A stretch of 64,000 bases of DNA, taken from the NCBI GenBank assembly GCA_951406725.2, contig OX597828.1, positions 55,180,001-55,244,000 on the forward strand. The letters are read 5' to 3'. A program made the translations under genes and the position numbers. Within the stretch, counting starts at the first letter, position 1; each line of letters opens with the position of its first letter. Positions 25,581 through 39,304 of the stretch are shown in pieces. The notes below the pieces were generated by a model. The model was not told where the DNA came from and made no database searches. It worked only from the letters and a program-made list of their open reading frames with translations. The DNA is from Octopus vulgaris (lineage: Eukaryota).

Positions 25581-25776
25581 TGTGTGTGAGTGGGAATTCG
25601 AGCTTATCATTTTAAAGTTTTCAGTGCACGTGGAAATTCCACGGTTATTTTGTAAGTTGTGATAGAATTGCATATTTTTTACTAATACATTTGAATCTTG
25701 AGAAGATGTAAAAATTCACAAAGGCAGTATTGAGGGGCATTCAATCAATCAATCAATTAGTCTATCTATCTTTCTT

Positions 25777-25807
<31 letters not shown>

Positions 25808-25828
25808 ATCTATCTATCTATCTATCTA

Positions 25829-25871
<43 letters not shown>

Positions 25872-25959
25872 GTCTGTCTATCTCTCTCTCCCTATCTATC
25901 TATCTATCTGAAAAATTGTTGGAAAAAAAACGTCCATGCAACAATGACAAGTTCATAGC

Positions 25960-26052
25960 AGATGTAAACGCAATGCGCTGCTCGTTCGGTGCATCGAACC
26001 CACGATCTAGCTATCGTGAGTGCAACACTGTAACCACTAAGCCACGCGCCTG
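25960..26052 (-). mobile_element. tRNA-derived SINE head fragment
   Basis: Minus strand reads GCGCGTGGCTTAGTGGTTA (A box)...GGGTTCGATGC (B box). Confidence 0.55.
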
Positions 26053-26177
26053 CACCCCACCACACACACACATGAAAAGCGTGAAAAAGATATATAACCA
26101 GGACTCCTGCTTCGAGCTTGTCTTCTAGTCGCTGATGTTGCGTTACACTCTTTGACGCGGTACTCAACACAACCCGC

Positions 26178-26366
26178 ATTGACTCCATATTGGTGGGCCC
26201 AGTCACAATGTTCCACTCTTGCTTATATCGTTAATGGGAAGATAAATCCCCGTCGACTCCACTCAATTGACTCCAACCCTTGCATTGACTCCATACTGGT
26301 GACTCCAGTCACAATATTTAACTCCTGTTTATATCATTAACGGGAGATAAATTCCCGCCAACTCCA
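26178..26366 (+). repeat. Diverged two-copy tandem duplication (~106-bp period)
   Basis: ATTGACTCCATA.TGGTG..CCAGTCACAAT...TTATATC.TTAA.GG.AGATAAAT.CCCG is present twice. Confidence 0.7.
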
Positions 26367-26505
26367 GCACTGAGCCGACCAGATCATGATGGAAGCTCGA
26401 CCACTTGAGATAGTAACGGGTCATCTCACAGCCAGCAATATATAGAAAAACAGTGCCAGAACAGGCGCTTGTGTTGCGTTTAACCAGTGAGTTTCTTCTT
26501 CTTCT

Positions 26506-26552
<47 letters not shown>

Positions 26553-26561
26553 TTCTTCTTC

Positions 26562-26564
<3 letters not shown>

Positions 26565-26598
<34 letters not shown>

Positions 26599-27100
26599 CC
26601 ACCACCACCACCGTTTAACGTCCGTTTTCCATGCTAGCATGGGTTGGACGATTTGACAGAGGTTTGGCAAGCCAGATGGCTGCAGCAGACTCCAATCTGA
26701 TCAGGCAGAGTTTCTACAGCTGGATGCCCTTCCTAACGCCAACCACTCCGAGAGTGTAGTGGGTGCTTTTACGTGCCACCAGCATGGGGGCCAGTCAGGC
26801 GGTACTGGCAACGGTCACGCTCAAAAGGTGCTTTTTACGCGCCACCTGCACAGGAGTCAGTCTAGCGGCACTGGCAGCGACCTCGCTCGATTGTTTTTTC
26901 ACGTACCACCAGCACAAGTGCTAGTAACGATCACGCTCGAATGGTGTGTTTAACGTGCCATCGGTACGGAGGCCAGCTTGTTGCTCTGGCAACGATCTCA
27001 CTCGTATGGTACTTTTAACGCTCCACTAGCACGGATGCTAGTCATCGAATTTGATTTCGATTTCGATTTCACTTGCCTCAACAAGTCTTCGCAAGCAAAG
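26565..27100 (-). mobile_element. SINE family C (V-domain-like GGAAGGGCATCCAGCTGTAGAAA, (GAT)n tail) with internal ~60-bp tandem subrepeats
   Basis: 3' end CCATGCTAGCATGGAAAACGGACGTTAAACG followed by (GAT/GGT)n; repeated TTTTACGTGCCACC..GGCAACG units. Confidence 0.75.
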
Positions 27101-27194
27101 ACTATATATTAGAAACAGAGGCAGTATTAATACATAGAGGTAATATTTACCCTCACTTAAATGTAGATGTTCTGTTGGAACAAACTATAATACC

Positions 27195-27413
27195 TATTTC
27201 TTTACTACCCACAAGGGGCTAAACACAGAGAGGACAAACGAATTAAATCGATTACATCGACCCCAGTGCATAACTGGTACTTAATTTATCGACCCCGAAA
27301 GGATGAAAGGCAAAGTCGACCTCGGCAGAATTTGAACTCAGAACGTAATGGCAGACAAAATACGGCTACGCATTTCGCCCGGTGTGCTAACGTTTCTGCC
27401 AGCTCGCCACCTT
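27195..27413 (-). mobile_element. SINE family B with 16-bp target-site duplication
   Basis: AACAAACTATAATACC at 27179-27194 and 27415-27430. Confidence 0.92.
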
Positions 27414-27679
27414 TAACAAACTATAATACCATTGATACTGTTAGAGAAACGCTGATATTGACTTTCGATGCTGAATGTACTCTTGTTAATAGAGCTAGAG
27501 GAGATAAGTCTTCGCTATCTTCAGCGCCGGATCCACCAGATAGTAATTATTTTAAGCCTGTCATTTGAAAAAAAATTTAGAAATCAAAAACCAAGAGATC
27601 GTGGACAGGAAGTAGGAAACCGTGATATCTAGTCTCAAAGCAGAGAATGTAACAAGGATATATGTTATCAGTAATGTAG

Positions 27680-28030
27680 ATTTCAAATTTTGGTACAAGG
27701 CCAACAATTTCTGAGGTTGGGGCAAGTCAATTGCATTGACCCCAATACTCAACTGGTAGTTATTTTATCGACCCCACCAAATGATGAAAGGAAAAGTCGA
27801 CTTTGGCAGAATTCGAACTCAGAACATAAAGACGAACGAAATGCCGGAACCACATGGTTCCGGGTTCAGTCCCACTCCGTGGCACCTTGGGCAGGTGTCT
27901 TCTACTATAGCCTCGGGAAGACCAAAGTCTTGTGAGTGGATTTGGTAGACGAAAACTGAAAGAATCCCGTCGTATATATACATATATATATTTATATGTG
28001 TGTGTGTGTGTCTGCATTTGTCCTCTCACC
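27680..28030. mobile_element. Fused fragments of SINE B (minus) and SINE A (plus)
   Basis: Family B reverse complement to ~27845, then family A body AACCACATGGTTCCGGGTTCAGTCCC. Confidence 0.75.
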
Positions 28031-28112
28031 TGGTGCTGTATGAACATTTAATGTGGTTTTAGAGTCAAGTTTTGGCTGCTATATCTAGCAAGTTGTTATC
28101 TCTTAGATACCC

Positions 28113-28164
<52 letters not shown>

Positions 28165-28614
28165 AAATGTATATATATATTTACGTGCATGTATGTATAT
28201 ATACATATATGTGCGTGTGTGTGCGTTCGTGTTTGCGTGTTTGTGTATGTTGTGTGTGTGTGTGTGTGTGTGATGCATAAAGTGATGTTTTCTCTCTCTC
28301 TTTTTATGAACATTCCAGTACGTAGATATAAAGAACTCTTGTGTCGAAATAAGATGAATATAGGGCATTAAGATAGCTTCTGGCATTCCATTTCTTATAA
28401 AATCTCTTTGGTTCACTAAGTCTAAGGAATTGGTACAGCAACGTAGTGGTGCGGACATAGTTACAGACTGACAGTCGCTTGTGGGCAGAGACTGTTGACA
28501 ACACCAGCCATCTGGGACAATTATATACACAATTTTAGACACACACATGCATATATATATATATATCTTCACGCACACACAGAGGTAGTTAGATAAATAG
28601 ATAGAAAGATAGAT

Positions 28615-28690
<76 letters not shown>

Positions 28691-29327
28691 TGAGAGATAC
28701 ACACACGCACACAAAATCATAGCATTGACTACCTGTTGAGTCGCTTTTCAACCTCGGCGATTAAATATCTTGCTTGTACGATCAAGTTCATTATCGTATG
28801 TCTGCTAGTTTCTCTGCCTATCTATATATCAGTATTATGTGTGTATGGGGGGGGTGTATAACTATATATATGGAGCAAATAATTCAGGTGAAAATATTTG
28901 TGAAGATATCATTGACTCTGTTATTGTCTAGTGTAACAATTAAAAATGATAATAACATAATAAATAATATAGGCGATTGTAGGTCCCCAAAACATTAAAT
29001 AGCTGAAGGATTAAAAATAATCAAAGAACATACTAGGTATGTCTACCTGCTGGAAATAAGTGTCAAACGTCTTATTTAATCGCCGTAAAAAGACACTGTT
29101 AATAACTACAGAAATCAACCGTCCGCGGGCAAACGGGAATCCCAATACTTGAATGCATGTTCAGAGATCGTTTTAGCCCATTTGCTCGAAGATTTCTGTA
29201 GATATTATCAGTGTATCTTTCGGCGATTTAAATAAGAGGTTTGACTGTTATTTCCAGCAGGTAGACATACTTAGTATGTACTTTGATTAGTTTTCATCGT
29301 TCAGCCATACATACATACATACATACA

Positions 29328-29361
<34 letters not shown>

Positions 29362-29372
29362 CATACATACAT

Positions 29373-29494
29373 CTGTAGAAGAGCGTAGGCTCGAAACGTA
29401 AAAGGCGTTTTCTATTCCTAAGCGTTATACTAATACATCTGTTTGTTTTGTACGCCACCTGTCTTCGTCTTTTGGTTTTTTCGTAAACTTTCCC

Positions 29495-29495
<1 letters not shown>
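29373..29495 (+). mobile_element. Short Penelope-like terminal fragment with a variant hammerhead core
   Basis: CTGTAGA-A-GAGC-GTAG-GCTC-GAAA-CG-TA-AAAG; microsatellite flanks. Confidence 0.55.
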
Positions 29496-29531
<36 letters not shown>

Positions 29532-29532
29532 G

Positions 29533-31376
29533 CAGGTATGACAAAGAAACGGCTACGGTGCACTGTAGGATAGGGCCACTCCTTGAAAAGGATGGCACAC
29601 TCACAGGAAATCCAATGAGGGTAAGTGAAATACTAAATGAGCATTCAAGAGTATTTTCACTCCACCCCTAGGGCATTTTCAAGTCAGCAATCCAACTGAC
29701 TTCTTTACCACTGCAGATATAAAATCAGAGGCAGCGATGATTGATTACATCAATATAAAGGAAGACTATGTAATAAAGGCTATTGATGAAATGAAAACAA
29801 ACTCAGCTACTGGCCCCGATGGATTCCCAGCAATCCTTCTAAAAGTATGTAAGAGAGTCCTAGCAAGACCACTGCAGTTCCTCTTTCAGAGCTTCCTTGC
29901 AACTGGTAAACTTCCAAGAAAACTGAAGGAAGGTAAAATATGCCCTATTCATAAAGGAGGTAGCAGAGCGGAGGCCAAGAACTACAGACCTATCTCTCTG
30001 ACCTCACACATCAGCAAGGTCATGGAACGAATAGTCAGAAGGAAACTAATCACCTTCCTTGAAGAAAATGACTTGCTGCCTGACACCCAACATGGTTTCC
30101 GATCAGGAAGAAGCTGCTTAACTCAGCTCCTACAACACTATGACTGGGTGCTGAAACGACTGCTCAACCACTCAAATGTGGAAGTGATATATCTCGACTT
30201 TGCAAAGGCCTTTGATAAAGTCGATCATGGAATGATATGTCACAAGCTGCGTGATCTTGGCATAGTTGGAAAATTGGGAGAATGGCTTCATGACTTTCTG
30301 AAGGATAGAAGTCAGGTGGTAGTAGCCTATTAACACGCAAATAGTGAGCGGTGTTCCGCAAGGCACTGTTCTGGGACCACTACTGTTCATAATGGCCCTC
30401 TCAGCCACGCAGAGAGCCACGATCACAAGTTATGCAGATGATGCAAAAGTTTCACAGGCAATACAGAACCCTGAAAACACTAAGCACCTGCAATGTGAGC
30501 TGGACAAAATATATAAGTGGGCTGAAAAGAATAGCATGCAGTTCAATCCTGAAAAGTTTCAAGCTTTATACTATCAGCATGCAAAACTAAATGCAATACC
30601 CAATAAATACACTGGACCTGGAGGGATTGCAATCCCAGAGGCACAATCAGTGCCAGACCTGGGTATTTACATGAGTGATGATGCAACCTTTCATGTGCAT
30701 ATTGCTAAATTGGCAATGAAATGTAGGCGGCTGACCGGATGAATTCTTAGAACCTTTAGAACAAGAGACCAGGAAACCATGATGGTCCTCTGGAGGACAC
30801 TTGTCCTAAGCCACTTTGACTATTGCTCTCAGCTATGGTCACCATCCAGTGTCAAGTTAATCACAGAACTTGAGGCGATCCAACGAAGCTACACGAAGAA
30901 GATAGCCTCTGTGCAGCATATAAGCTATTGGGAAAGACTCAAGAGATTGAGACTCTATTCCTTAGAGCGTAGGCGAGAAAGATATGCCATAATATACATC
31001 TGGAAGATCCTGGAAGGACTTGTCCCAAACTTTGGCATCGAGAGTTACACAAATGCCAGAACTGGGCGCCACTGCATAGTGCCAAGGACTCCAAATTTGC
31101 CATCAAGATGTAGGACAAGATACTGTGATAGCCTGGGCTTCCGAGGCCCACAGTTCTTCAATATCCTCCCGAAGAACCTAAGAGACCTGCATCTCTTCTT
31201 GTCAGGTGTCCCAGATGAACCAACTTCACGGCAGGAGGTGCAGATGAGGGCAGCTGCATCGAACTCTCTCATGCACCAGATGGCAATTGCTAAAAAGCAT
31301 TCGTGAAGTAAAATCATGTAGCAACACCAAATGGCGGTGCCCCAGCATGGCCACAGCTTGTGAGCTGAAACTAAAT

Positions 31377-31380
<4 letters not shown>
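29533..31380 (+). mobile_element. 5'-truncated CR1/L2-group LINE; reverse transcriptase ORF2 pseudogene
   Basis: GPDG, NYRPISLTS, QHGFRSGRSC, YLDFAKAFDKVDH, SGVPQGTVLGPLLF, YADD, SYWERLKRLRLYSLERRR. Broken at ~30333 and by a stop at ~30740. Confidence 0.93.
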
Positions 31381-31427
<47 letters not shown>

Positions 31428-31485
31428 TCATAATACATACAACGCACACACCACACACATACACACTCAAATGTGTGTGTGTGAG

Positions 31486-31720
31486 GGGGCATAGCTTAGT
31501 GGTTAGGGTGTTGCACGCACGCCCTAGCGATCTTGATTTCAATTCCTAGATCGGATGGTGCATTGTGTTCTTGGGCAACACACTTCATATCACGTTGCAC
31601 TGCCATCATTTCGACACCTGACGTGTGGTGCACCATGCACTGTTTCAAATAACGCCGATTTGATGGAAGGAGAGTGAGCTAATATGCTGCAGGCAAAAGC
31701 TGAACGCTCATACGTCGTCT
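31486..31720 (+). mobile_element. Diverged tRNA-derived SINE (CORE-like)
   Basis: GCTTAGTGGTTAGGGTG...TTCAATTCC...TTCTTGGGCAACACACTT. Confidence 0.6.
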
Positions 31721-32041
31721 TCGATGGCAGTCCAACATACACACAAACACATACATACACACACACACACAGAGCAAGACAAAATGCTAGTATGTCAAAC
31801 ACTATACAACATGAATTCTAGATTTATCAGAATTATCTCCGCTTCCAGAGGACGTATCATAATTACCAAATGGTGCTTATGACAAATGCTTCTTGTGAAA
31901 GGGCGATTCACAAGATTAAATATTTCTCCAAAACTGACATGCCATTCAAGAATTATTGCTACGTGGTATCTGACATGCCGTTATTTGTCTATGTTACTCA
32001 AATATATGACACTGGCCACTTCGAGTTACCTCTCTTAGCTA

Positions 32042-32094
<53 letters not shown>

Positions 32095-32210
32095 AATAGA
32101 TTAGTGTATTTTTGCCTTGTTAACAATTAACACGGAAAAAAAAAAAATAGTTACCAGGGTAGCAAAAAATCACACATGTAAAGAGGTTATAACTACTTGC
32201 GTTAAACTCC

Positions 32211-32251
<41 letters not shown>

Positions 32252-32379
32252 TATATAAGGTTTAAGTTAGAGGTGCTAAGCCCTCTAAGGGATAGAAGTA
32301 TCCAGAGGCACTCCAGGTAAATACCTCAGTAAGTATGGTCCTTGGTATAAGGTATAGGGCAGCAAGGTATAAGGTATAA

Positions 32380-32607
32380 GGCGGCGAGCTGGCAGAAACG
32401 TTAGCAAGCCGGGCGAAATGCTTAGCGTTATTTCGTCTGCTATTACGTTCTGAGTTCAAATTCCGCCGAGGTTGACTTTGCCTTTCATCCTTTCGGGGTC
32501 GATTAAATAAGTACCAGTTACGCACTGGGGTCGATATAATCGACTTAATCCGTTTGTCCTTGTTTGTCCTCTCTGTGTTTAGCCTCTTGTGGGTAGTAAA
32601 GAAATAG
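32380..32607 (+). mobile_element. SINE family B, full length
   Basis: Consensus head and body; flanking AGGTATAGGGCAGCAAG is repeated. Confidence 0.9.
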
Positions 32608-32930
32608 GTATAGGGCAGCAAGCAATTTAAAGAGGTAAACCGTAGTTTAATGTATATATAGACGATAAAAAAAAGGAGGAAAAACAACAAATAGAAGAGG
32701 ATCTTTGGTGCTAAAAAGCCATTATTTAATTAGTTAAGCAAAGACATATGTGTACATACGTGTATATCTGTGTGTGTGCTTGTATGTGTGTGTATGTATG
32801 TGTGTGCGTGTGTATGCTTGTGTATGCGTGCATGTCTGTATGAATACGTATATGGGTATAATTCCCACTAAAACAATTTCTTTTCAGACATCTGTCTGTC
32901 CGTCTGTCTGTCTGTCTCTCTCTCTATCTA

Positions 32931-32973
<43 letters not shown>

Positions 32974-33101
32974 GTCTCTCTGTCTCTCTCTCCACCCAAT
33001 ACTAGAGGTGTGTGAATTCTAGTTAATCCCCGACTTCCGAATCTAATAAATACCAACGAAATATTTAACAGCAAAAGAAGATAATTTAAAGTGCCATTCC
33101 T

Positions 33102-33167
<66 letters not shown>

Positions 33168-33439
33168 ATCTACATTGTGTTGAGTCGAACAGTTTTGCAA
33201 TATTTTGCTAACTTATTTGCTGTATCCGTCAGGTTACAAGAAGAACAGCCTCGCATTCAAAGTAGAAGCCATCATGTTGCACCACCCTTTTGCCAGTTCT
33301 TTGATCCTTACGTTGATGCTGGTTCTTGTTCTTCGAGGCGAAGAACTCCTTCACTGATGTCCCCATCTCCTCCTGATTGATGAAGCGTAGCGAGTATAGG
33401 ATTATTGCTGTGGATCAGAACGCGTAATAATCCGAGGGA

Positions 33440-33665
33440 AATATTTTTACGCAATCCTGACGTACATATCCAGTGGTTAAGCAAGGGCGAACTGCCGAAA
33501 CCTATCGTCACAAATGGGAGTTTCGAACACAAGGTGATGGTCTTGGTCTGATGGAATTACCAGGGGTTAATATTCACTACGAGTTCGTTTCGGACTGTCT
33601 GTCGAAATATTGATGCTAACTTGTACTCCAAACAGCTGGAGTGGATGTATGCCATTGTGTGTGAA
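33440..33665 (+). mobile_element. Mariner transposase fragment
   Basis: QWLSKGELPKP..KVMVLV*WNYQGLI..NIDANLYSKQL, typical of the mariner catalytic region. Confidence 0.7.
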
Positions 33666-33959
33666 TATGTGCGTGTGTCTTTGATAATGAAACATTATAT
33701 CTTAGATGTGGTTTTAATGGTTTTGATCTATTAGTTTGTTTAGTCAAGGTTAACAAGAATAATTGGCGCAGCAACAACATTAGCCAATGAGGGAGCAGCT
33801 CGACATAAACGTAGCAGCCAAATCTCTCTCAAATTACTTTCTAGAGTCATAAATAATGAAAGAGTCACTGGATACAGCATTGTTCTCAATACAATATGTG
33901 CAAAAAATAATGGAAGGCTCATAGTTGGTGCGCTTTTGATCACGTCTGCTGTATTGTGG

Positions 33960-34252
33960 TTACTCTCGGGTGGGGTTGGGACAAGCAGGTGGGTTGGACA
34001 TTTGCTTAAATTCATATAGACGGGTGGGTTGGAATAAACGCGGGTGGGTGGGTATCAGTAACTGGAAAATCGGCAATTGTATAGTAGTAACTGTATAAAA
34101 TTTTAAAATTTTATAAGTTGTCTCCAATGATTTTTAAAAAAAACAATTATTTACTCTCGGGTTCTAAATAATGGGAGTGGAGTGTTGAATAAGCGGGTGG
34201 GTTGGACGTTTGTTTGAATTCATATACGCGGGTGGGTGAGTATCAGTATCTG
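33960..34252 (+). repeat. Diverged direct repeats (TACTCTCGGG...GGGTGGGTTGGA...TATCAGTA); probable DNA-transposon subterminal repeats
   Basis: 33960-34062 resembles 34152-34252. Confidence 0.5.
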
Positions 34253-34557
34253 TATAGTGTACGTACGAAAATTAGGGAAAAAGCATCTTAAAGCACATAT
34301 AACGACACAACGAGGCAAAAGAATTGAACAGGAGGCAAGTGAAATTAGCACATATGTATGCTTCAAACGTCCACTTTAGTTAAGATATACATTTGGACAA
34401 TAAAAATAAGACATTTGTTGATTATGGTAATCATGGGATTTCTTTTTATGCTGTAGACTAAACAGATATTGATAGAAGCAACACGTCTTAAAAAGAAAGA
34501 TAAAACAATGACAAGAGTATAATTACCGTTTCGTAAACTTGCAGCGTTTATTATACT

Positions 34558-34757
34558 CATCATCATCATCATCATCATCATCATTTAACGGCCGCTTTCC
34601 ATGCTAGCGTTGGACGATTTGACTGAGGACTGGCGAACCAGATGGCTGCACCAGGCTCCAATCTGATCTGGCAGTCTTTCTACAGCTGGATGCCCTTCCT
34701 AACGCCAACCACTCCGAGAGTGTAGTGGGTGCGTTTACGTGCCACTGGCACGAGGGC
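34558..34757 (-). mobile_element. SINE family C 3' fragment
   Basis: Matches 26610-26790; (CAT)n tail. Confidence 0.8.
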
Positions 34758-35429
34758 CTATACATAATGAAATATAGCACTCCGTAAATAGGTATAAATA
34801 TGATTTTTCGTCACTGTCCTTCGGCAGGTTAGTAATTGATAGAGAAATCGTTGAGGAATTGAAAATGAAGATTTGTTGACTACAGTGTGGAGTAGCAGTA
34901 AACTCACGCGTATGTTACAGACTGGGGCAGTTGTCCAGCCTGAAGTTTTTATAAATTCTGGCCAGTTGTAAAGCAGATTTTCTGACAATAATCTCCTTGT
35001 TTTCTATGTGTCCCGAAACAGGTGTGTTGTGTCTCGAAATGATTGATCTTCTTTAAAATGTTGAAGGCTCACCCGCATGAACGTTGGCTACATATACTGT
35101 GGATAAATATCTTTGCTCCATGCGTTATGAAAACAAACAGAACACTCCAGGTTTTATTCACATTCCTGTCTACTGCTTGTTGTTTTTGTTTTTGTTCTCT
35201 TTCGTCATGCTGATTCCCAATTTGTGTCAGTCAAAATAATAATGAATTCCCCAGATTTTGTTGTTTTCTTCTAGTAACCGGAGTCAGTTTAATCGATGAG
35301 GCTGGAGAAAATCTGAAAAATTAATAACCGGTGGGAGGGGGGGGCATTATTCAAGACCCCAGAATAACTTGCTTCTAAAAGCATCAACTTTTCTTCTTTT
35401 TCTTCTTCTTCTTCTTCTTATTATTCTTC

Positions 35430-35469
<40 letters not shown>

Positions 35470-35744
35470 CATCATTATTATTATTATTATTTTTATAGGT
35501 GTTGAGTCTGAAGAGAAGGGAATTTTCAACAAATCTTGCAGGTCCTCCAAGACTGGTGAACTTGCGATTTTCTTGGCAGGAAAAGACTAGGCATAATAAT
35601 TATTGTGCTAATGTTGAAAGACGAGTGGGTCAGAGGAACCCGAATGATGGAGCTTGGAGACCATCCAGCTCCATCATTCAGGTACAGAGGCGATTATAAG
35701 AACCATGGAAAGTGCAGAGATTAGAGACAGTATATTTGTAAACC

Positions 35745-36390
35745 ACAAACTAGAGAATGACCTTTGATGATTGAATACTATCTAGTTTAGTGGTTTCCCT
35801 TTGAATGCAGTCTAGAATGTCAGTGTGCGTTGCAGCAGCATCGTCCCAGATATAGGAGCAGTATTTCATACAGTGCCTCATTTGAGCTTTGCAGAACGTC
35901 AGCAGCTGCTGAAGGCTGAAATGTTTTTTGTCTCTGAAGAGAAGGGCCAATCTTAGCGATGCACTCCTAGCTATGTTAAGTATATGCTTTCAACTGGGGA
36001 GATTCTAGTTTGTAGTGATGCCTGTCCTTTTGAGCATTTGTGAAGACTCTGATCAAATGCCCCTTATGTTTAATGAAGACATGACGTGAAGGTGGTGTCT
36101 TCATATGAGTACTGCTTTTTTATTCGTTGTTAAAAAGGGACAAGGTTGGAATGGCCCCCACTGGAGTATACACTCAAGGAATCCGTTTGTGGAATCAATA
36201 CAGGTTTGGTGTATGGCATCTAGGTTGTGTGTAGATAATGCATGAGCAATAAAATTTAGGAAGGATTGAAGGAAAGTGTGGGCGTTCTTCAATGTAGCGA
36301 GAAGTAAGTCACTGATATATGGAAGGGAAAAAGTGGGATCAGAACTGAATCTGGGAACTGAACCTGAGAACACTAGAGTTGATTATTGAG
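35745..36390 (-). mobile_element. Decayed CR1/Jockey-group LINE reverse transcriptase fragment
   Basis: Degenerate SGVPQGS/PTLF..YISDL; LLTFCKAQMRHCMKYCSYIW..ILDCIQR. Confidence 0.65.
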
Positions 36391-37537
36391 AGTGGGGCAG
36401 AAACAGGTCAGTCAATACATGCTACGATATTGCGATCAGACAGAAATTTACCAATCCAAGAGATGATCGATAGGTGGAAGATACTGTTTCGATAGGTGAT
36501 TTGCATATTAAACGCAGTGGAAGGTTTTGCTGATACTCAGAGTAACAACATTGCTCTAACCGAAAAACTTAAAAACCCTATTCCACTGGTGAGTGACATA
36601 AGTGAGTAGGCCTCCGGTGGGTCTGGCTCATCAAAAACCCTTATGGATATAAAATGATGGTTACTGAAGGGAGAGAGAAGGGGAGAGGGAAGGAGAAAGA
36701 GCGAGGGAGAGAGAGAGATTCATAATATTGAAGATTGTCATAGTTAATGGTCGTCTCCATTACTTTAGAGATGTTATACGCAAGAATAATAGGAACAGCT
36801 TTAGGAATGCTAAATCTCCTTCAAATCATAACTTTTGTCTTGGAAAAAGGAAGAATATGAGCAATATTGTTCTAAAATACTTGTAAAATAGATGGGGAAA
36901 ATTTCTGTGAAGGTGTAGCGGCAAATATGTTTGTGTGTTCTTGAGTGGCTAAAATAAATTCCATCATGCACTTTCAGGTTCATCTCACGGTCAGCTCATT
37001 GGTTGACAGGTATTACTCCATAATATAATAAAACCCACGTTATGAAAGTGCTGTTTAGCAGAAAATCCCATCGTAACGTTGAATTCCATAACGTAAAGTG
37101 TATTTTCTATTGACTTCCATATAACTTGGGAGTCAAGGAAGATAGGTTTCACGTTACGGAATTCCGACTTGCAGAAAATTTTCCAAGAACGCTTCCGTAA
37201 TGTGGTTAACGCCGTATTGATAAACAATAAACTTAAAAGCGATCCTTTCCGCTGTGACTCTTCCCATTCCCTACCTCCGTCCATCACCCTTGGGAATTTA
37301 ACTCTGAGCAATGAGTTAATGTAAAAGCAGTTTAAAAACATTGGAACACGTGCTTAGGATGTCAGCTGTTTATATTTGTTACCAACCCAAACCACCACCA
37401 CCACCACAAGCGCTGCCGCCATCGTCGTATAACATGACTACTGTGAGCTAAGACAGGAATTATTTATACAAGATCCTTCAACTTGCTAAAAATACCAACT
37501 AAATCTCCCTCATTGACATCGTGCTTTCTGGAAAAAA

Positions 37538-37572
<35 letters not shown>

Positions 37573-37992
37573 ACGTACACACGAGTCAATGAAGATGGAA
37601 CGACAGCACGTAGAAAAGTTTGATCAGAACCAAAATGAGGTTAAACAGGAACAACATGGTACAAGATTTTAGAGGAAGAAAACAGTGAATAAAATCAGCC
37701 TCATTATATAGCAGGAAGCTTGATGTAAATTCAGTCTCTGTGGGTTTTGAACTCCAATTCAACGTAGACAGAGGAAACTAAAGATTATGAATGGATGTAT
37801 ATGCATGTGTGTATATCTATATGTGTTACTCTGGAGTTTTCATGGTATGTAGATTTGCATTCGTTGAGAGAAATGGCACCCAAAGGACCTATAAAAACTT
37901 CCTACCAATATCTTTAAACAACGGTATAACCAACATCTGTAATCTATCATCAAATCAAAACTAGGTAAAAAGAAATCCTAGCCAGATCAGTT

Positions 37993-38220
37993 CGCGGTGG
38001 TATCAAAACGTTCCCGGACTAGTTCTGTAACGCACCAATAGATGGCAGCACACGGTTGCGTGCGCAGTGAGAGTTAGCATTGACCTTCATGAAGCAGTGT
38101 GCCAAGTGACATCACTGTGTTTACTTCGCAAGTTGTGTGAAATTTGTATTTTTGTGATCACGTGTATACTGTAGTCTGCAATTTTTGTCAAAGAGCCAAC
38201 GTGAAATTTTGCGTTAAAGC
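37993..38220 (+). mobile_element. Mariner 5' end fragment
   Basis: TIR-like GGTGGTATCAAAACGTTCCCGGACT and transposase start QRANVKFCVK. Confidence 0.65.
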
Positions 38221-38254
38221 ACACACACACACACACACACACATACACACACAC

Positions 38255-38303
<49 letters not shown>

Positions 38304-39019
38304 TGATTGAAGTCAACAAAGTAGGACAGTAACATTTTAATCACTACAGTTGCTTTCACATAACGCAGTTCTTCAAAAACACAGGTATTTGATTATGCAA
38401 CTGTTTGTTTTCTTAATGAGATCTAATTATGTTTCCAGGTGATATTCCAGTGTTATCTTCGTTAGTCTAAAATCTTCGACTTCAAGGTCATCCCATTTGA
38501 CCGTCTTGGTTTGAATTTAGTAGAAGCTGGGAGATTCAAGTTGTTTGCTGCCAGAGTGCGTTTGGCGGACTCCTTGTTGACTTCAACTTCCCGAATTTTA
38601 TATCCACACGCGAAGAAAGCCCAAACGTAAAGTTGGAAGTATATAATAATGCTACCGGATAGTATTGGGCAATTCTGAGGGTGGGCGAGCTTTATACATC
38701 ATTATATATATATATATATATATATAGGATAAATGTAAAAAAACACAAACTGGGACAAGAACGCAAAACATTTAGAAGATGATCGAGACAAACCGCTATC
38801 TAGTTATTCCATCAATAGTGAAAAGATATTATCTATAATAACCACATAGAAATTAATTAAATATTTTATAATTATTATTCTAAAAATCTCGTAATAAATC
38901 AAACATTAAATTGACTACGCGCATTTCATGACTAAATATATAAATTGATAATATTAAAATTTAATTTTTAAAAATTTTAAATTCAGTATTAATTCAAAAG
39001 GTTAAAACACACTCGCGCG

Positions 39020-39257
39020 CACACACACACACATACACACACACGCACACACATAAACATACACATAAATATATATATATATATATATACATATATACGA
39101 CAGGCTTCTTTCAGTTTCCGTCTACCAAATTCACTCACAAGGCTTTGGTCGGCCCGAGGCTATAGTAGAAGACACTTGGCCAAGGTGCGACGCAGTGGGA
39201 CTGAACCCAGAACCATGTGGTTGGTAAGCAAGCTACTTACCACACAGCCACTCCTGC
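39020..39257 (-). mobile_element. SINE family A 5' half
   Basis: Reverse-complement match to family A. Confidence 0.85.
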
Positions 39258-39304
39258 ACTATATAAACATATAAATATAGGTATACATTATCACATACAC
39301 ATGT

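Noticed and set aside
36991-37341. 116-aa non-repetitive ORF
   Set aside because: No recognisable domain and no supporting exon structure.
38905-38935. Minus-strand GAAATGCGCGTAGTC, a possible hammerhead 3' half (similar at 3335-3350)
   Set aside because: No upstream CUGANGA core found.
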